DNA from: Rhynchobatus australiae
Taxonomy: Eukaryota
Direction of reading: 5' to 3'
DNA: 64,000 bases
Assembly (NCBI GenBank): GCA_034780895.1
Contig: JAUZTB010000087.1
Span: 30,731,204 to 30,795,203 of the forward strand
A program made the position numbers and the translations under genes. Shown here piece by piece: positions 27,401-38,140 of this stretch. Position 1 is the first letter of the stretch, and every line of letters begins with the position of its first letter. A model generated the notes under the pieces. The model was not told where the DNA came from, did no database searches, and was given only the letters and a program-made list of their open reading frames with translations.

Positions 27401-29105
27401 ACCAAGGCTCTATGGGTATTGCTCTATTTGTTAAAGTATTCCACAGTGCTAATTGAAGGAAAACAGGACTTTTTTTTCAGATGTCCTAATCAATGTTATT
27501 TTTTTCAATCTGTGCCTCCAGAACAAATGTACTAATTTCTAACCTAATTCTCCCTTTGTGGTGCAATGCTGTGTGCAGGTTAGATCCATATTAGCCTATG
27601 CTACAATAGAGATAATTCACACACTGAAATCTTCCTTTGTTGTCACCAGATTTGAATTGCATCCCCATTATTTACCAAAAATCCTAGGAGAAATTGGACT
27701 TAGAAATCCAATGAGTCAAAAACATGCAGAGGTGTATCACTGGATACAACACTTTTTGAATAACTGTACCCTACATTAAATTACAGTCCTCATTTCTGTT
27801 TCCTACACAGCCTGCTTTTCCTTTACGATAATTTTAAAGGAAAGAAAAATCTAACAAGATGTTTAATGAAGGGTTGATTTGATGCCACGCATATTGCACA
27901 TGCACTGAAATTGAATTNNNNNNNNNNNNNNNNNNNNNNNNNNNNNNNNNNNNNNNNNNNNNNNNNNNNNNNNNNNNNNNNNNNNNNNNNNNTATGGTAT
28001 ACACCAAAGAGATTTTAATACTTTCTCCAGGTTTTCTGTGATTATTGAAGGACCAACTATTGAATTAATTAATTTTGAGTTCTGTATAGTAAATAGCAGA
28101 ATTCATATGTTGCAATTCCCTTTTTTCATACCAAAGTTCTTTGCAACAATGACCTTCTAGAAAATATTCATGCAAACAAACTTCTGCTATTGACAAATAA
28201 GAAATATAAAACCTAAATGAATTTACACCTTTTTCCACATTTGGGATTGATGTTAGGTGGTTTTGGAGCATGATGGACAGACTACGGCCTGTGTGCAGCA
28301 GTTCAAACAGAAAACCACACATGGAAACTCACAGCTGCACCACATCTCCGTACATATAAACCCCCCATTGCATTAGTGATTAGATGCCCATGGATTTTTC
28401 CATAACTCAGGAGCAGCGTCACTTTTTATTCCTTGATTCTTATCATTCTTTGTTCATACTGGTTGCCTGAAATTTGATCAGTATGTGCATAAACTGTGCT
28501 TGCTATTCCCACAGGAAAGACAAACTGTGATTGTTATTCCCCAAAGTGTAATCATGTGCCATTCAAGTCAGTTTACCAGCAGTTCTCCATATGTGTCTCT
28601 TTGTATTAGCAAAATCGATTACTCATCCTTTCTAGCCCAAATGATATATTAAGTGCCTTTTCTTTGCACCCTATTTTGATAATATGCTGATTGAAGAGCA
28701 TATAGCCAGTATGCACCATTGAGTGGAATATTTTGATCTCAAGTAGTTTTTGATGGGAGAACACACTTGCCTGTGCTGCTGGTTAGACTTTAACAGAACT
28801 GACAGCTAAGGTGTTCAGAGACCTGGTTCATCTGCAAGATGTCGAGAAATTCTTGTCAGTTGTGCATCTCTGTAAAAAGGAACAGTGTTCTCAACGAAAG
28901 GAACTACAATATTATATCTCATGGTAAGAAATAGTGCAGTTTACAAAATATTAATTCTTGTTTTCAGCTTATCCTTACTCCATTATGGCAGAAGAAAGAA
29001 ACAAAGACCGACTATTATGTATTTTTGCCATCTTCTATTTCTCTGAATGAAACAGAAACTATAGAGATTGACATACAGTAAATTGTGCAATTTCGCCTAG
29101 TATTT

Positions 29106-29778
29106 ATGATACCTATGTTTTCTGACCTTCTGGATGTAATATTATATTTCAACACATTGCTGATGGCTCAAGACAGGCCTTCTCATACCCAGGCACATCC
29201 TATGCACTGCTTCTCTGTCTCCATTCCTATTAATGCCTCAGGTGAGGATGAAGAAATGCAAAGCCAACTTGGTGGAAATGAGCCAACTCCATCTGAACCT
29301 GCTGTTAAGTATTTTTGTTGTGTCTGTACAGACAGGAGCCAAAAATATCTAAGTTTGGAAAAGATCTGTACCATTCTGATCCTGGCGTTCTTGATTTTCA
29401 CGATAGTGTTCATTGCTGGCACAAAATGGTTTATTGTGAGTAGAAAATATGAGAGTGAACTGCCAAGTTTATTTGATCTAAAAAGGGTTGTGCAGAGCCC
29501 CACTGGCACCCACTTACCTAAAGCATTGCCTGCACTTTTAAATAATGTAGCCTCCGAAAGACCAGCTCTTGAAACTGAGGAAGAAGCTACAACATTTGTA
29601 AATGTTTTCACTTCAAATTTGTTCGAAAGCTCCTCCAGCTTCAGACTTTCCAGTTTCACCATTTCCTCTTCTGCCTCCTCTTCAACTGTGAAGTCACAGT
29701 TACAATCGTCTGTGACAGAGGATTCAACGCAGTCCTTGTCTACTGCAGAGCTCAAGTTGATTTCAGTACAGGAACTCT
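29106..29778 (+). CDS. Neuregulin type III-like (CRD/SMDF-like) alternative first exon: N-terminal tail, CCVC..EKIC + transmembrane helix + IAGTKW, Ser/Thr-rich stalk
   Basis: Lies in ORF 29085-29786 with an in-frame TAA at 29079-29081 and candidate ATGs at 29106, 29115 and 29163. CCVCTDRSQKYLSLEKICTILILAFLIFTIVFIAGTKWFIVSRKYESELPSLFD aligns by eye with the NRG1 type III CRD (CCACLEAERLRGCLNSEKICIVPILACLVSLCLCIAGLKWVFVDKIFEYDSPTHLD). Donor GTAAGT at 29779, phase 1. Start codon uncertain. Confidence 0.82.
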
Positions 29779-30799
29779 GTAAGTAATCTCCTATACACTT
29801 CAATATACTAACATTCAGCATTGTTGTTTATTTGTAAGAACAAGGCAAAGAAAGATGTCCAACTGAGTTCTGTTACATTCTCTAATATATTTTAATGATT
29901 CACACATGTTAGATCATTTTTGAATTCAAATTGGCCTCTGCACACTCCAATATTATTATTTCTGTCCTAATTAAACAAAAATTGTTATATTTCTATAGTC
30001 TACAGACCATAATATTATCATCCACTGGCTTATTGCCCAGTCCCTGATTTAAAGCGCATAATATTTTCATGAATTCTTCAAAATGTCAAAATGCCAGATG
30101 TGTTTTACTTTGTTAACTTTTAAAAGTACAATGAATTTGTAGACATCTAAACATTTAGATTAGAGAAAATGTCAGAATTAATAGATTGCAAAAACCAATC
30201 ACTAAAACAGAATTCAAGAAATAACTAAAAGGAATCTGTGTTTCATCAGAATGTAGACAAAAGGTTATGTATGTCACTTAGAGGGGAAGAGATTGTGCAG
30301 TTCATACTAATACACTGAGCGTAAGGATGACATTTAACATCCAGATTTTGAGTTGGCTTGTACTAAAATGCCCTAGTATTTAAAGGACCATCAAAAATAT
30401 CATATTTTCTAAAAACAATCACTGAATTCCTTTTTTTTCTGATCTGGGTTTAATCTTCCTGAAACATATCAAGGCAAAACGTACAATTTAGTGAAGGAAC
30501 AGATTTTTGTTGAACTGCTACCTGGCTGCAGTAGTAGAAGCGGCTCAGTTTTTCCACTGAAAACTGTAAAGCTGAAGGAAAGATTTTGCATACCACCAGT
30601 ACTGAAGATAAAAGTTGAGATATAGGGGTTGTGTGACTTCAAGATTGGATTTCAGGTGTATAGACTAGAGGAGCTTGAAGGATGGTACGATTAAAATCTG
30701 CACCTTCAGGAATTTTTATGCTTGGCAGAGAATTTGCACCTGTTAGGTGGTGTTGATTGCATTCCCTAATTCTGGCTTTATGTCCTTCCTCAATATTCA

Positions 30800-31035
30800 A
30801 AACTCTATTCACTCCATTGATGCATGTTCCTTCAACTGCCTCAGGCACGACTCCCGGTACATCCCTGCCTCTTTGTTGATTTTCTCCTCTAGGTTGCTCC
30901 TTAAATTCTATCTGTTTAGCCCAGATATTTGTTGCCTTTCATAATACTGCTTGTTATCAAATTTTCTTTGATACTGCTCCTGTGAACTGCCTTTTCCTCT
31001 GTTAAGGGTCTTATATAAATGCAGATTGCTGTTAA
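30800..31035 (+). mobile_element. L2-like LINE 3' tail remnant
   Basis: ccttcaactgcctcagg...gctccttaaattctatctgttt...gctcctgtgaactgcctt...tatataaatgcagattgctgtt terminal motif. Confidence 0.55.
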
Positions 31036-31419
31036 AGTAAACTTAACCAAATCCAAATGTCAGCCAATTTGCCATGGTTATCTTACAATTATGCAGTCAG
31101 TGGGAATAAACAGAACACAGTCTAAAATCATTGGGTTGCATTGATCACGTAGAAACTTGCTTTCTTTATATTGGGCACTCTCAACAATTTTTTCTAATTA
31201 GATACATGTGGAAGATAGAATATGGAAATAGTCCATTCTCCACAATCAGACTATGCTAACCTCCATGTGAAGAAATGGCCATAATCATATTTATCTAATT
31301 AGTTCTACCTTTCAACCCTTTTACCTGCATCTACCTATGTATTCAGGTTGGACTCTGAAATAATGTTTGATTTAACCAGGTACTTGGGAGACCAATTCAA
31401 TCAGTGTAAATATGTAAGC

Positions 31420-31600
31420 AAAAAACAGAAAAAAAAGATGTCTGGAAGTCTGAAATAAAACCAGAAAATGCTGTAAATATTCAGCAAGTTAAGAGAAAAA
31501 CAGAGTAAACATTCCTGGTCATCGTTATGATTGTTTCTCTTTCTGCAGATGCTGCCTGACCTGCTGAGTATTTTCTTTTTTTCATGTATTTATTTTAGTT
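31420..31600. mobile_element. Short palindromic Penelope-terminus-derived repeat
   Basis: Left arm agaaaatgctgtaaatattcagcaag...agagaaaaacagag mirrors right arm tgtttctctttctgcagatgctgcctgacctgctgagtattt. Confidence 0.6.
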
Positions 31601-34600
31601 CCCTGAGTAAGCAAGATCATCTTGCTCTTCCTTTTAAATCATTGACATTTTATTCTCTTATTATGGCCATTTAGAAACAATCTACTCCTTTCTGTCATAA
31701 CTTCAAATCATTGTATTAAACACATAAAGCCCTATAAATTGTATTGTTATCATAAAGTGGAATTATGTCCTCAGTCATTAGCATTAAGCAGTAATATAGT
31801 GATATCGGCCAGTTATGCTCCATTTCTGTTTACTTCTGGCAGTGAATTTTCAAAGTAGCGTTTGAAATGTAGCTGTGATGTAGTATGCAGAAGGCTATGA
31901 GTGAAGTTCTTCCCTGCAATTTTTAGGTGATTCTTAATANNNNNNNNNNNNNNNNNNNNNNNNNNNNNNNNNNNNNNNNNNNNNNNNNNNNNNNNNNNNN
32001 NNNNNNNNNNNNNNNNNNNNNNNNNNNNNNNNNNNNNNNNNNNNNNNNNNNNNNNNNNNNNNNNNNNNNNNNNNNNNNNNNNNNNNNNNNNNNNNNNNNN
32101 NNNNNNNNNNNNNNNNNNNNNNNNNNNNNNNNNNNNNNNNNNNNNNNNNNNNNNNNNNNNNNNNNNNNNNNNNNNNNNNNNNNNNNNNNNNNNNNNNNNN
32201 NNNNNNNNNNNNNNNNNNNNNNNNNNNNNNNNNNNNNNNNNNNNNNNNNNNNNNNNNNNNNNNNNNNNNNNNNNCCTACAAACATTCTGGCAAACTGGTT
32301 AGCTGCACAATATCCTAAGCTGATTAATTATTCAAAATCTCCAGCAAACTGATTAATAGTATAAAAAATTGGAAAAGACAAGATTTCAGTTTCTAATTAC
32401 TTTCTGTATTCTAATTACATTCAAGGACTTTCTGACTGTACACATCGAACTTGTGCCTTTTGCCTTGATATTCACCCATAATTTTTAGCATGTGCACTGC
32501 TACTTCCAGAGTTATTAGATACAAAGCTAACAGGGAGATTTTATGGTCTATCTGTTTAAATGCTGACAAATTACTTGGTTCAGATCATATTAGCTCTGAT
32601 CAGGTTGCATTCAAAATCTGCTTTAAATCTGATCTAGTATCTGCATTTAGACTTCTGAAGAGATGTATGGGACACTAGTAATCTGCATGAACTTGCCCAT
32701 TCCTATGAAGTTACATATTTCTAATGGTATGTAAACTGGAGCCTGCTCCCACCTAACTCATTGCCCCTCAACCACGCCCTTGAAGTATTTTCAAGCCTGA
32801 CAAAATTTCAGTGTAATTAAGGTGAAGTAGGTGTTATGAAGTGTAAAAATGTATGCAGATTTTCCCATGATTTCCCTTACAAACTTATATGATTCTTAGT
32901 TCACTCAAACTGAAACATTGTTGAAAGTAAAATTCAGCAACTCAAATAGAAAAGAAATGGCAAGACAACCTTCTGATTATTTCAAGGGCCCTGCACATTT
33001 CCTGTGAAATCTATGGAGATTCAAAACCTTAATGACACTTTATTTGAGTATCAACATAAATGTAGCATTACATTTCTCAACATAAATGTAACATTACTTC
33101 TCTCAGCAGAAATAGTCAAATTACCCATTCTTTCCCACTGTGTAACTTGATCTGCTATACCATGAAATTGCACATACTCCTGAGTAAAGTAGTAAAGTAG
33201 TAAATGGGGAAATAATCTCTCATTCTGATCCTCCACACAGAGTTGTGCAGTGATGTCACCTGATGTCCATGTGTGATCTTTGAAAATGTCAGCTGATAGT
33301 ACAAGACTGCGTGGAAATAAACATGAACATAAAAGAGCATATAACAAAATAAACATATCAAAAGTTCACATTTCTACACAGATATTCTCTAATAAATGCT
33401 GGTGGCATTGGTTAATTTCTTTGACCAAAATTTTATTAATTATAAAAGCTTGTTTATCTTGTTTCAAAGCAACCTATTTACTTTGATAAGTAAAATTTTA
33501 TTAATCATTGCAGCTATCACGCATCCCAATTAAACTAATTAATTCATAGGGCAAGAAGCTATGTGAGGAAGAAAACTGCTGTTCTCTTTTGGGTGTTCCA
33601 TAGCCTACTTTGCTGAGTGTAGAATGTAAATGTTTTCTTTCAGAAGAAACCCTTTCTGCCTTGTTTAATCATCATATTAATTACCCATTTCTTGATGAAA
33701 ATTAGCCAACCATTGTCTTGCTAGTGCTATTATTCCTTTTTCTTTGAATAGGATCTTGCTTGGACAGGAATGCAATGTGTACATGTTGTAATTCTTTTTA
33801 TTAGACCACACTGTTAACTGTTTAACACTACATACATCTCAAGCAGTGCCCAAGTAGCATCAATTCCCATAAAATTTGAGATATGTCCAATTAATTATCA
33901 TGATCAAAGAAATGTTTACGTTCTTACCCAAAATCCCAACAATACTGGAAGAGCTCAGTGGGTTGAGCAGCACATGTGGGNNNNNNNNNNNNNNNNNNNN
34001 NNNNNNNNNNNNNNNNNNNNNNNNNNNNNNNNNNNNNNNNNNNNNNNNNNNNNNNNNNNNNNNNNNNNNNNNNNNNNNNNNNNNNNNNNNNNNNNNNNNN
34101 NNNNNNNNNNNNNNNNNNNNNNNNNNNNNNNNNNNNNNNNNNNNNNNNNNNNNNNNNNNNNNNNNNNNNNNNNNNNNNNNNNNNNNNNNNNNNNNNNNNN
34201 NNNNNNNNNNNNNNNNNNNNNNNNNNNNNNNNNNNNNNNNNNNNNNNNNNNNNNNNNNNNNNNNNNNNNNNNNNNNNNNNNNNNNNNNNNNNNNNNNNNN
34301 NNNNNNNNNNNNNNNNNNNNNNNNNNNNNNNNNNNNNNNNNNNNNNNNNNNNNNNNNNNNNNNNNNNNNNNNNNNNNNNNNNNNNNNNNNNNNNNNNNNN
34401 NNNNNNNNNNNNNNNNNNNNNNNNNNNNNNNNNNNNNNNNNNNNNNNNNNNNNNNNNNNNNNNNNNNNNNNNNNNNNNNNNNNNNNNNNNNNNNNNNNNN
34501 NNNNNNNNNNNNNNNNNNNNNNNNNNNNNNNNNNNNNNNNNNNNNNNNNNNNNNNNNNNNNNNNNNNNNNNNNNNNNNNNNNNNNNNNNNNNNNNNNNNN

Positions 34601-34930
34601 NNNNNNNNNNNNNNNNNNNNNNNNNNNNNNNNNNNNNNNNNNNNNNNNNNNNNNNNNNNNNNNNNNNNNNNNNNNNNNNNNNNNNNNNNNNNNNNNNNNN
34701 NNNNNNNNNNNNNNNNNNNNNNNNNNNNNNNNNNNNNNNNNNNNNNNNNNNNNNNNNNNNNNNNNNNNNNNNNNNNNNNNNNNNNNNNNNNNNNNNNNNN
34801 NNNNNNNNNNNNNNNNNNNNNNNNNNNNNNNNNNNNNNNNNNNNNNNNNNNNNNNNNNNNNNNNNNNNNNNNNNNNNNNNNNNNNNNNNNNNNNNNNNNN
34901 NNNNNNNNNNNNNNNNNNNNNNNNNNNNNN

Positions 34931-36170
34931 NATACCTCTCATCTGTATTCACCGAGGAGAAGGACATTGTAGTTCAAGATTTCGGGGAGTGTGACACTGA
35001 AATTCTAGAAATGTTACCTTGAGAACAGAGGAAATATTATATGACTTATTGGGCTTAAAGTTAAATCTATCCCAGACTGCTATGGCAGGTAGGGAAGGAG
35101 ATTGCTGGAGCCCTGATGGAAATATTACATTTATGTTGGCTGCAGAGGAGGTGCCAGTTTGCTGGACAACAGCAAACATGGTACCTTTATTCAAAAATGG
35201 CAGCTGGGATAAGCCAAGTANNNNNNNNNNTTTGATGGACAGTGTAAATCTACATTTGGAAAGGCAGGGATTAGTCAAAGATCATCAGATAGAATCTGTT
35301 AAGGGATTTCCTGTTTGACTGAGTTGGCTGAATTTTTCATAAAGGTAAGAAAGTGTATTGATGAGGACAGTGCCATTGACCTTGGTGTACAAAGGTAGCA
35401 GAACAGGCAGATAAGTTGGTGAAGAAAGCATTTGGGATACTTGCCTTCATTGGTCAGAGCATAACATATAAGGGCAGAGAGGTAATTGGACGACTTCATA
35501 AATTATTAGTTAAGGCACAGCTCAGGCACTGTTTGCAGTTTNNNNNNNNNNNNNNNNNNNNNNNNNNNNNNNNNNNNNNNNNNNNNNNNNNNNNNNNNNN
35601 NNNNNNNNNNNNNNNNNNNNNNNNNNNNNNNNNNNNNNNNNTTAAGGCACAGCTCAGGCACTGTTTGCAGTTTTGGTTACCACAGAAGAGGAAGCAAGTG
35701 ATGCAGAGGAGATTTACCAGAATATTGGCTGGATGGAGGAGAGACTGGATAGGCTAGGTTTGTTTTCCCTTGAGTGAAGGAGCTTGAGGGAGGACCTAAT
35801 AGAGATGCACAAAATTATGAGCGGCTTAGATGGGGTCAATAGTAGGAAACTTTTACCTATCCTGGAGGTGCCTAAGACCAAAGGGCATAAGTGAAGGTAA
35901 GTGGTACAAGGTTTAGAGAGGATCTGAGGAAGAATTATTCCATTTATAAGGTGACTAGAATCTGGAACACACTGCCTGAGGGGCGGTGGAAGAAGAGACT
36001 CTCATAACATTTAAGAAGCATCTGGAGGACCCTTAACAGCTGTACCCCCCTGAAAGGAGCAACGCAAGTAGACAGTGGTAAAGAAGGCATGTGGCATGCT
36101 TGCCTTCATCCCTAGGGGCATAGAGTATAAGAGTCATGATGCATTTATATAAAACTTTGGTTAAGCCACA
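34931..36170 (+). mobile_element. CR1 LINE ORF2 fragments (decayed, at least two pieces)
   Basis: EVPVCWTTANMVPLFKNGSWDKP and VKKAFGILAFIGQSITYKGREVIGRLHKLLVKAQLRHCLQFW...QRRFTRIL are CR1 RT-region motifs. A second piece, MMHLYKTLVKP, starts at 36136. Confidence 0.85.
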
Positions 36171-37309
36171 NNNNNNNNNNNNNNNNNNNNNNNNNNNNNN
36201 NNNNNNNNNNNNNNNNNNNNNNNNNNNNNNNNNNNNNNNNNNNNNNNNNNNNNNNNNNNNNNNNNNNNNNNNNNNNNNNNNNNNNNNNNNNNNNNNNNNN
36301 NNNNNNNNNNNNNNNNNNNNNNNNNNNNNNNNNNNNNNNNNNNNNNNNNNNNNNNNNNNNNNNNNNNNNNNNNNNNNNNNNNNNNNNNNNNNNNNNNNNN
36401 NNNNNNNNNNNNNNNNNNNNNNNNNNNNNNNNNNNNNNNNNNNNNNNNNNNNNNNNNNNNNNNNNNNNNNNNNNNNNNNNNNNNNNNNNNNNNNNNNNNN
36501 NNNNNNNNNNNNNNNNNNNNNNNNNNNNNNNNNNNNNNNNNNNNNNNNNNNNNNNNNNNNNNNNNNNNNNNNNNNNNNNNNNNNNNNNNNNNNNNNNNNN
36601 NNNNNNNNNNNNNNNNNNNNNNNNNNNNNNNNNNNNNNNNNNNNNNNNNNNNNNNNNNNNNNNNNNNNNNNNNNNNNNNNNNNNNNNNNNNNNNNNNNNN
36701 NNNNNNNNNNNNNNNNNNNNNNNNNNNNNNNNNNNNNNNNNNNNNNNNNNNNNNNNNNNNNNNNNNNNNNNNNNNNNNNNNNNNNNNNNNNNNNNNNNNN
36801 NNNNNNNNNNNNNNNNNNNNNNNNNNNNNNNNNNNNNNNNNNNNNNNNNNNNNNNNNNNNNNNNNNNNNNNNNNNNNNNNNNNNNNNNNNNNNNNNNNNN
36901 NNNNNNNNNNNNNNNNNNNNNNNNNNNNNNNNNNNNNNNNNNNNNNNNNNNNNNNNNNNNNNNNNNNNNNNNNNNNNNNNNNNNNNNNNNNNNNNNNNNN
37001 NNNNNNNNNNNNNNNNNNNNNNNNNNNNNNNNNNNNNNNNNNNNNNNNNNNNNNNNNNNNNNNNNNNNNNNNNNNNNNNNNNNNNNNNNNNNNNNNNNNN
37101 NNNNNNNNNNNNNNNNNNNNNNNNNNNNNNNNNNNNNNNNNNNNNNNNNNNNNNGACAGATTTAAAACCAGTGATTCTCAAGATGCTACAATTGGCTGAT
37201 CACTGAAAGGTTATAATGTTGGATGTGATTACAGATTTGGAGAGGGCCAAGATCACAGATGGATTTGAAAATCAAAATTAAAAAATGTAGATTCTGGAAA
37301 ACAAAATAA

Positions 37310-37520
37310 AATTGGAAAATGCTGGAAACATTCACACATCAGACAGCATGGAAAGAAAAAAAGTTCCAGGTTGAAGACCTTTCATCAGAATCGGGAAAGA
37401 AAGAAAGTGTTTTTGAAAACCAATTTAACTTCTCTTTTTCCCAGTTCTGATGAAGGGTCTTCAAACTGAAATTCTGCCTTTGCCTTTCTTTCCACAGACT
37501 TGCTGAGGGATTTGAAAAAT
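37310..37520. mobile_element. Palindromic Penelope-terminus repeat with two inverted hammerhead-like cores
   Basis: Plus strand CTGATGA-AGGGTCTTCAAACT-GAAA (37447-37471). Minus strand CTGATGA-AAGGTCTTCAACCT-GGAAC (37388-37363). The arms are degenerate reverse complements. Confidence 0.65.
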
Positions 37521-37619
37521 GTGTGAGAACTTTAAAATTGGGACATTCCTCCAATGGGTGCAAGTGAAAGCTATCAGTATGGGGGTGGTGAGTGACTGCG
37601 TTCTCCTGTGAGTTAGGAA

Positions 37620-38140
37620 GGAAAGGAGTTTGTGATGTAGCCTGAATTTAATAGATTTCTACTTCACAATATTGAATAGTAGTATCTTCAGATTCATCTT
37701 GGGTGTCAGACAGCAGCCTAAAAATTTTGAGATGTTCAAAGACATAGAAGTGTTCAGAGAGGTGGTGGTGAGGTAGAACTGGGTATCATGAATGTACCTA
37801 GGGAAACTGACCATATATTTTTGCAGATGATACCTAGGGGCAGCAGCCAAATCGGAAATGGAAGCACCCAGNNNNNNNNNNTCTAGAGGGAAACCAGAGG
37901 TAACAGTGCAGCGACACAGAATCTATTGCAGCTTATTTCCTACAATTGTCTGTGATTACAGTAGTTGCACATGGGCAGAGAGAGGCAATGAAGGAATCTT
38001 CTTAGGGTCAACCAAGAAAATGGCAGCATTTCGATCAAAAAGGGTGGGTTGGGATAGATTATCTTGGTCACCATCACATAGGATTTCGTCATTGATTTTG
38101 ATAAGAGACACTTTTGTAATGTATTGAAACCTGGAGTTGT
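37620..38140 (-). mobile_element. L2 LINE reverse transcriptase remnant
   Basis: TKVSLIKINDEILCDGDQDNLSQPTLFDRNAA (cf. TETALIKVTNDIL...LLDLSAAFD) and YIHDTQFYLTTTSLN (cf. YADDTQLYL). Confidence 0.75.

Noticed and set aside
28924-28967. GTAAGA...TTTCAG as an intron after the ATG at 28921
   Set aside because: Only 44 nt, shorter than usual vertebrate introns, and it does not lead into the CRD ORF.
29183-29821. 212-aa antisense ORF overlapping the CRD exon
   Set aside because: No recognisable domain. Its Glu-rich stretch is the reverse complement of the Ser-rich codons, so it is best explained as a shadow ORF.
33860-37206. Long ORFs of 330-380 aa (also 31923-32352 and 58829-59593)
   Set aside because: They consist almost entirely of N-gap translation.
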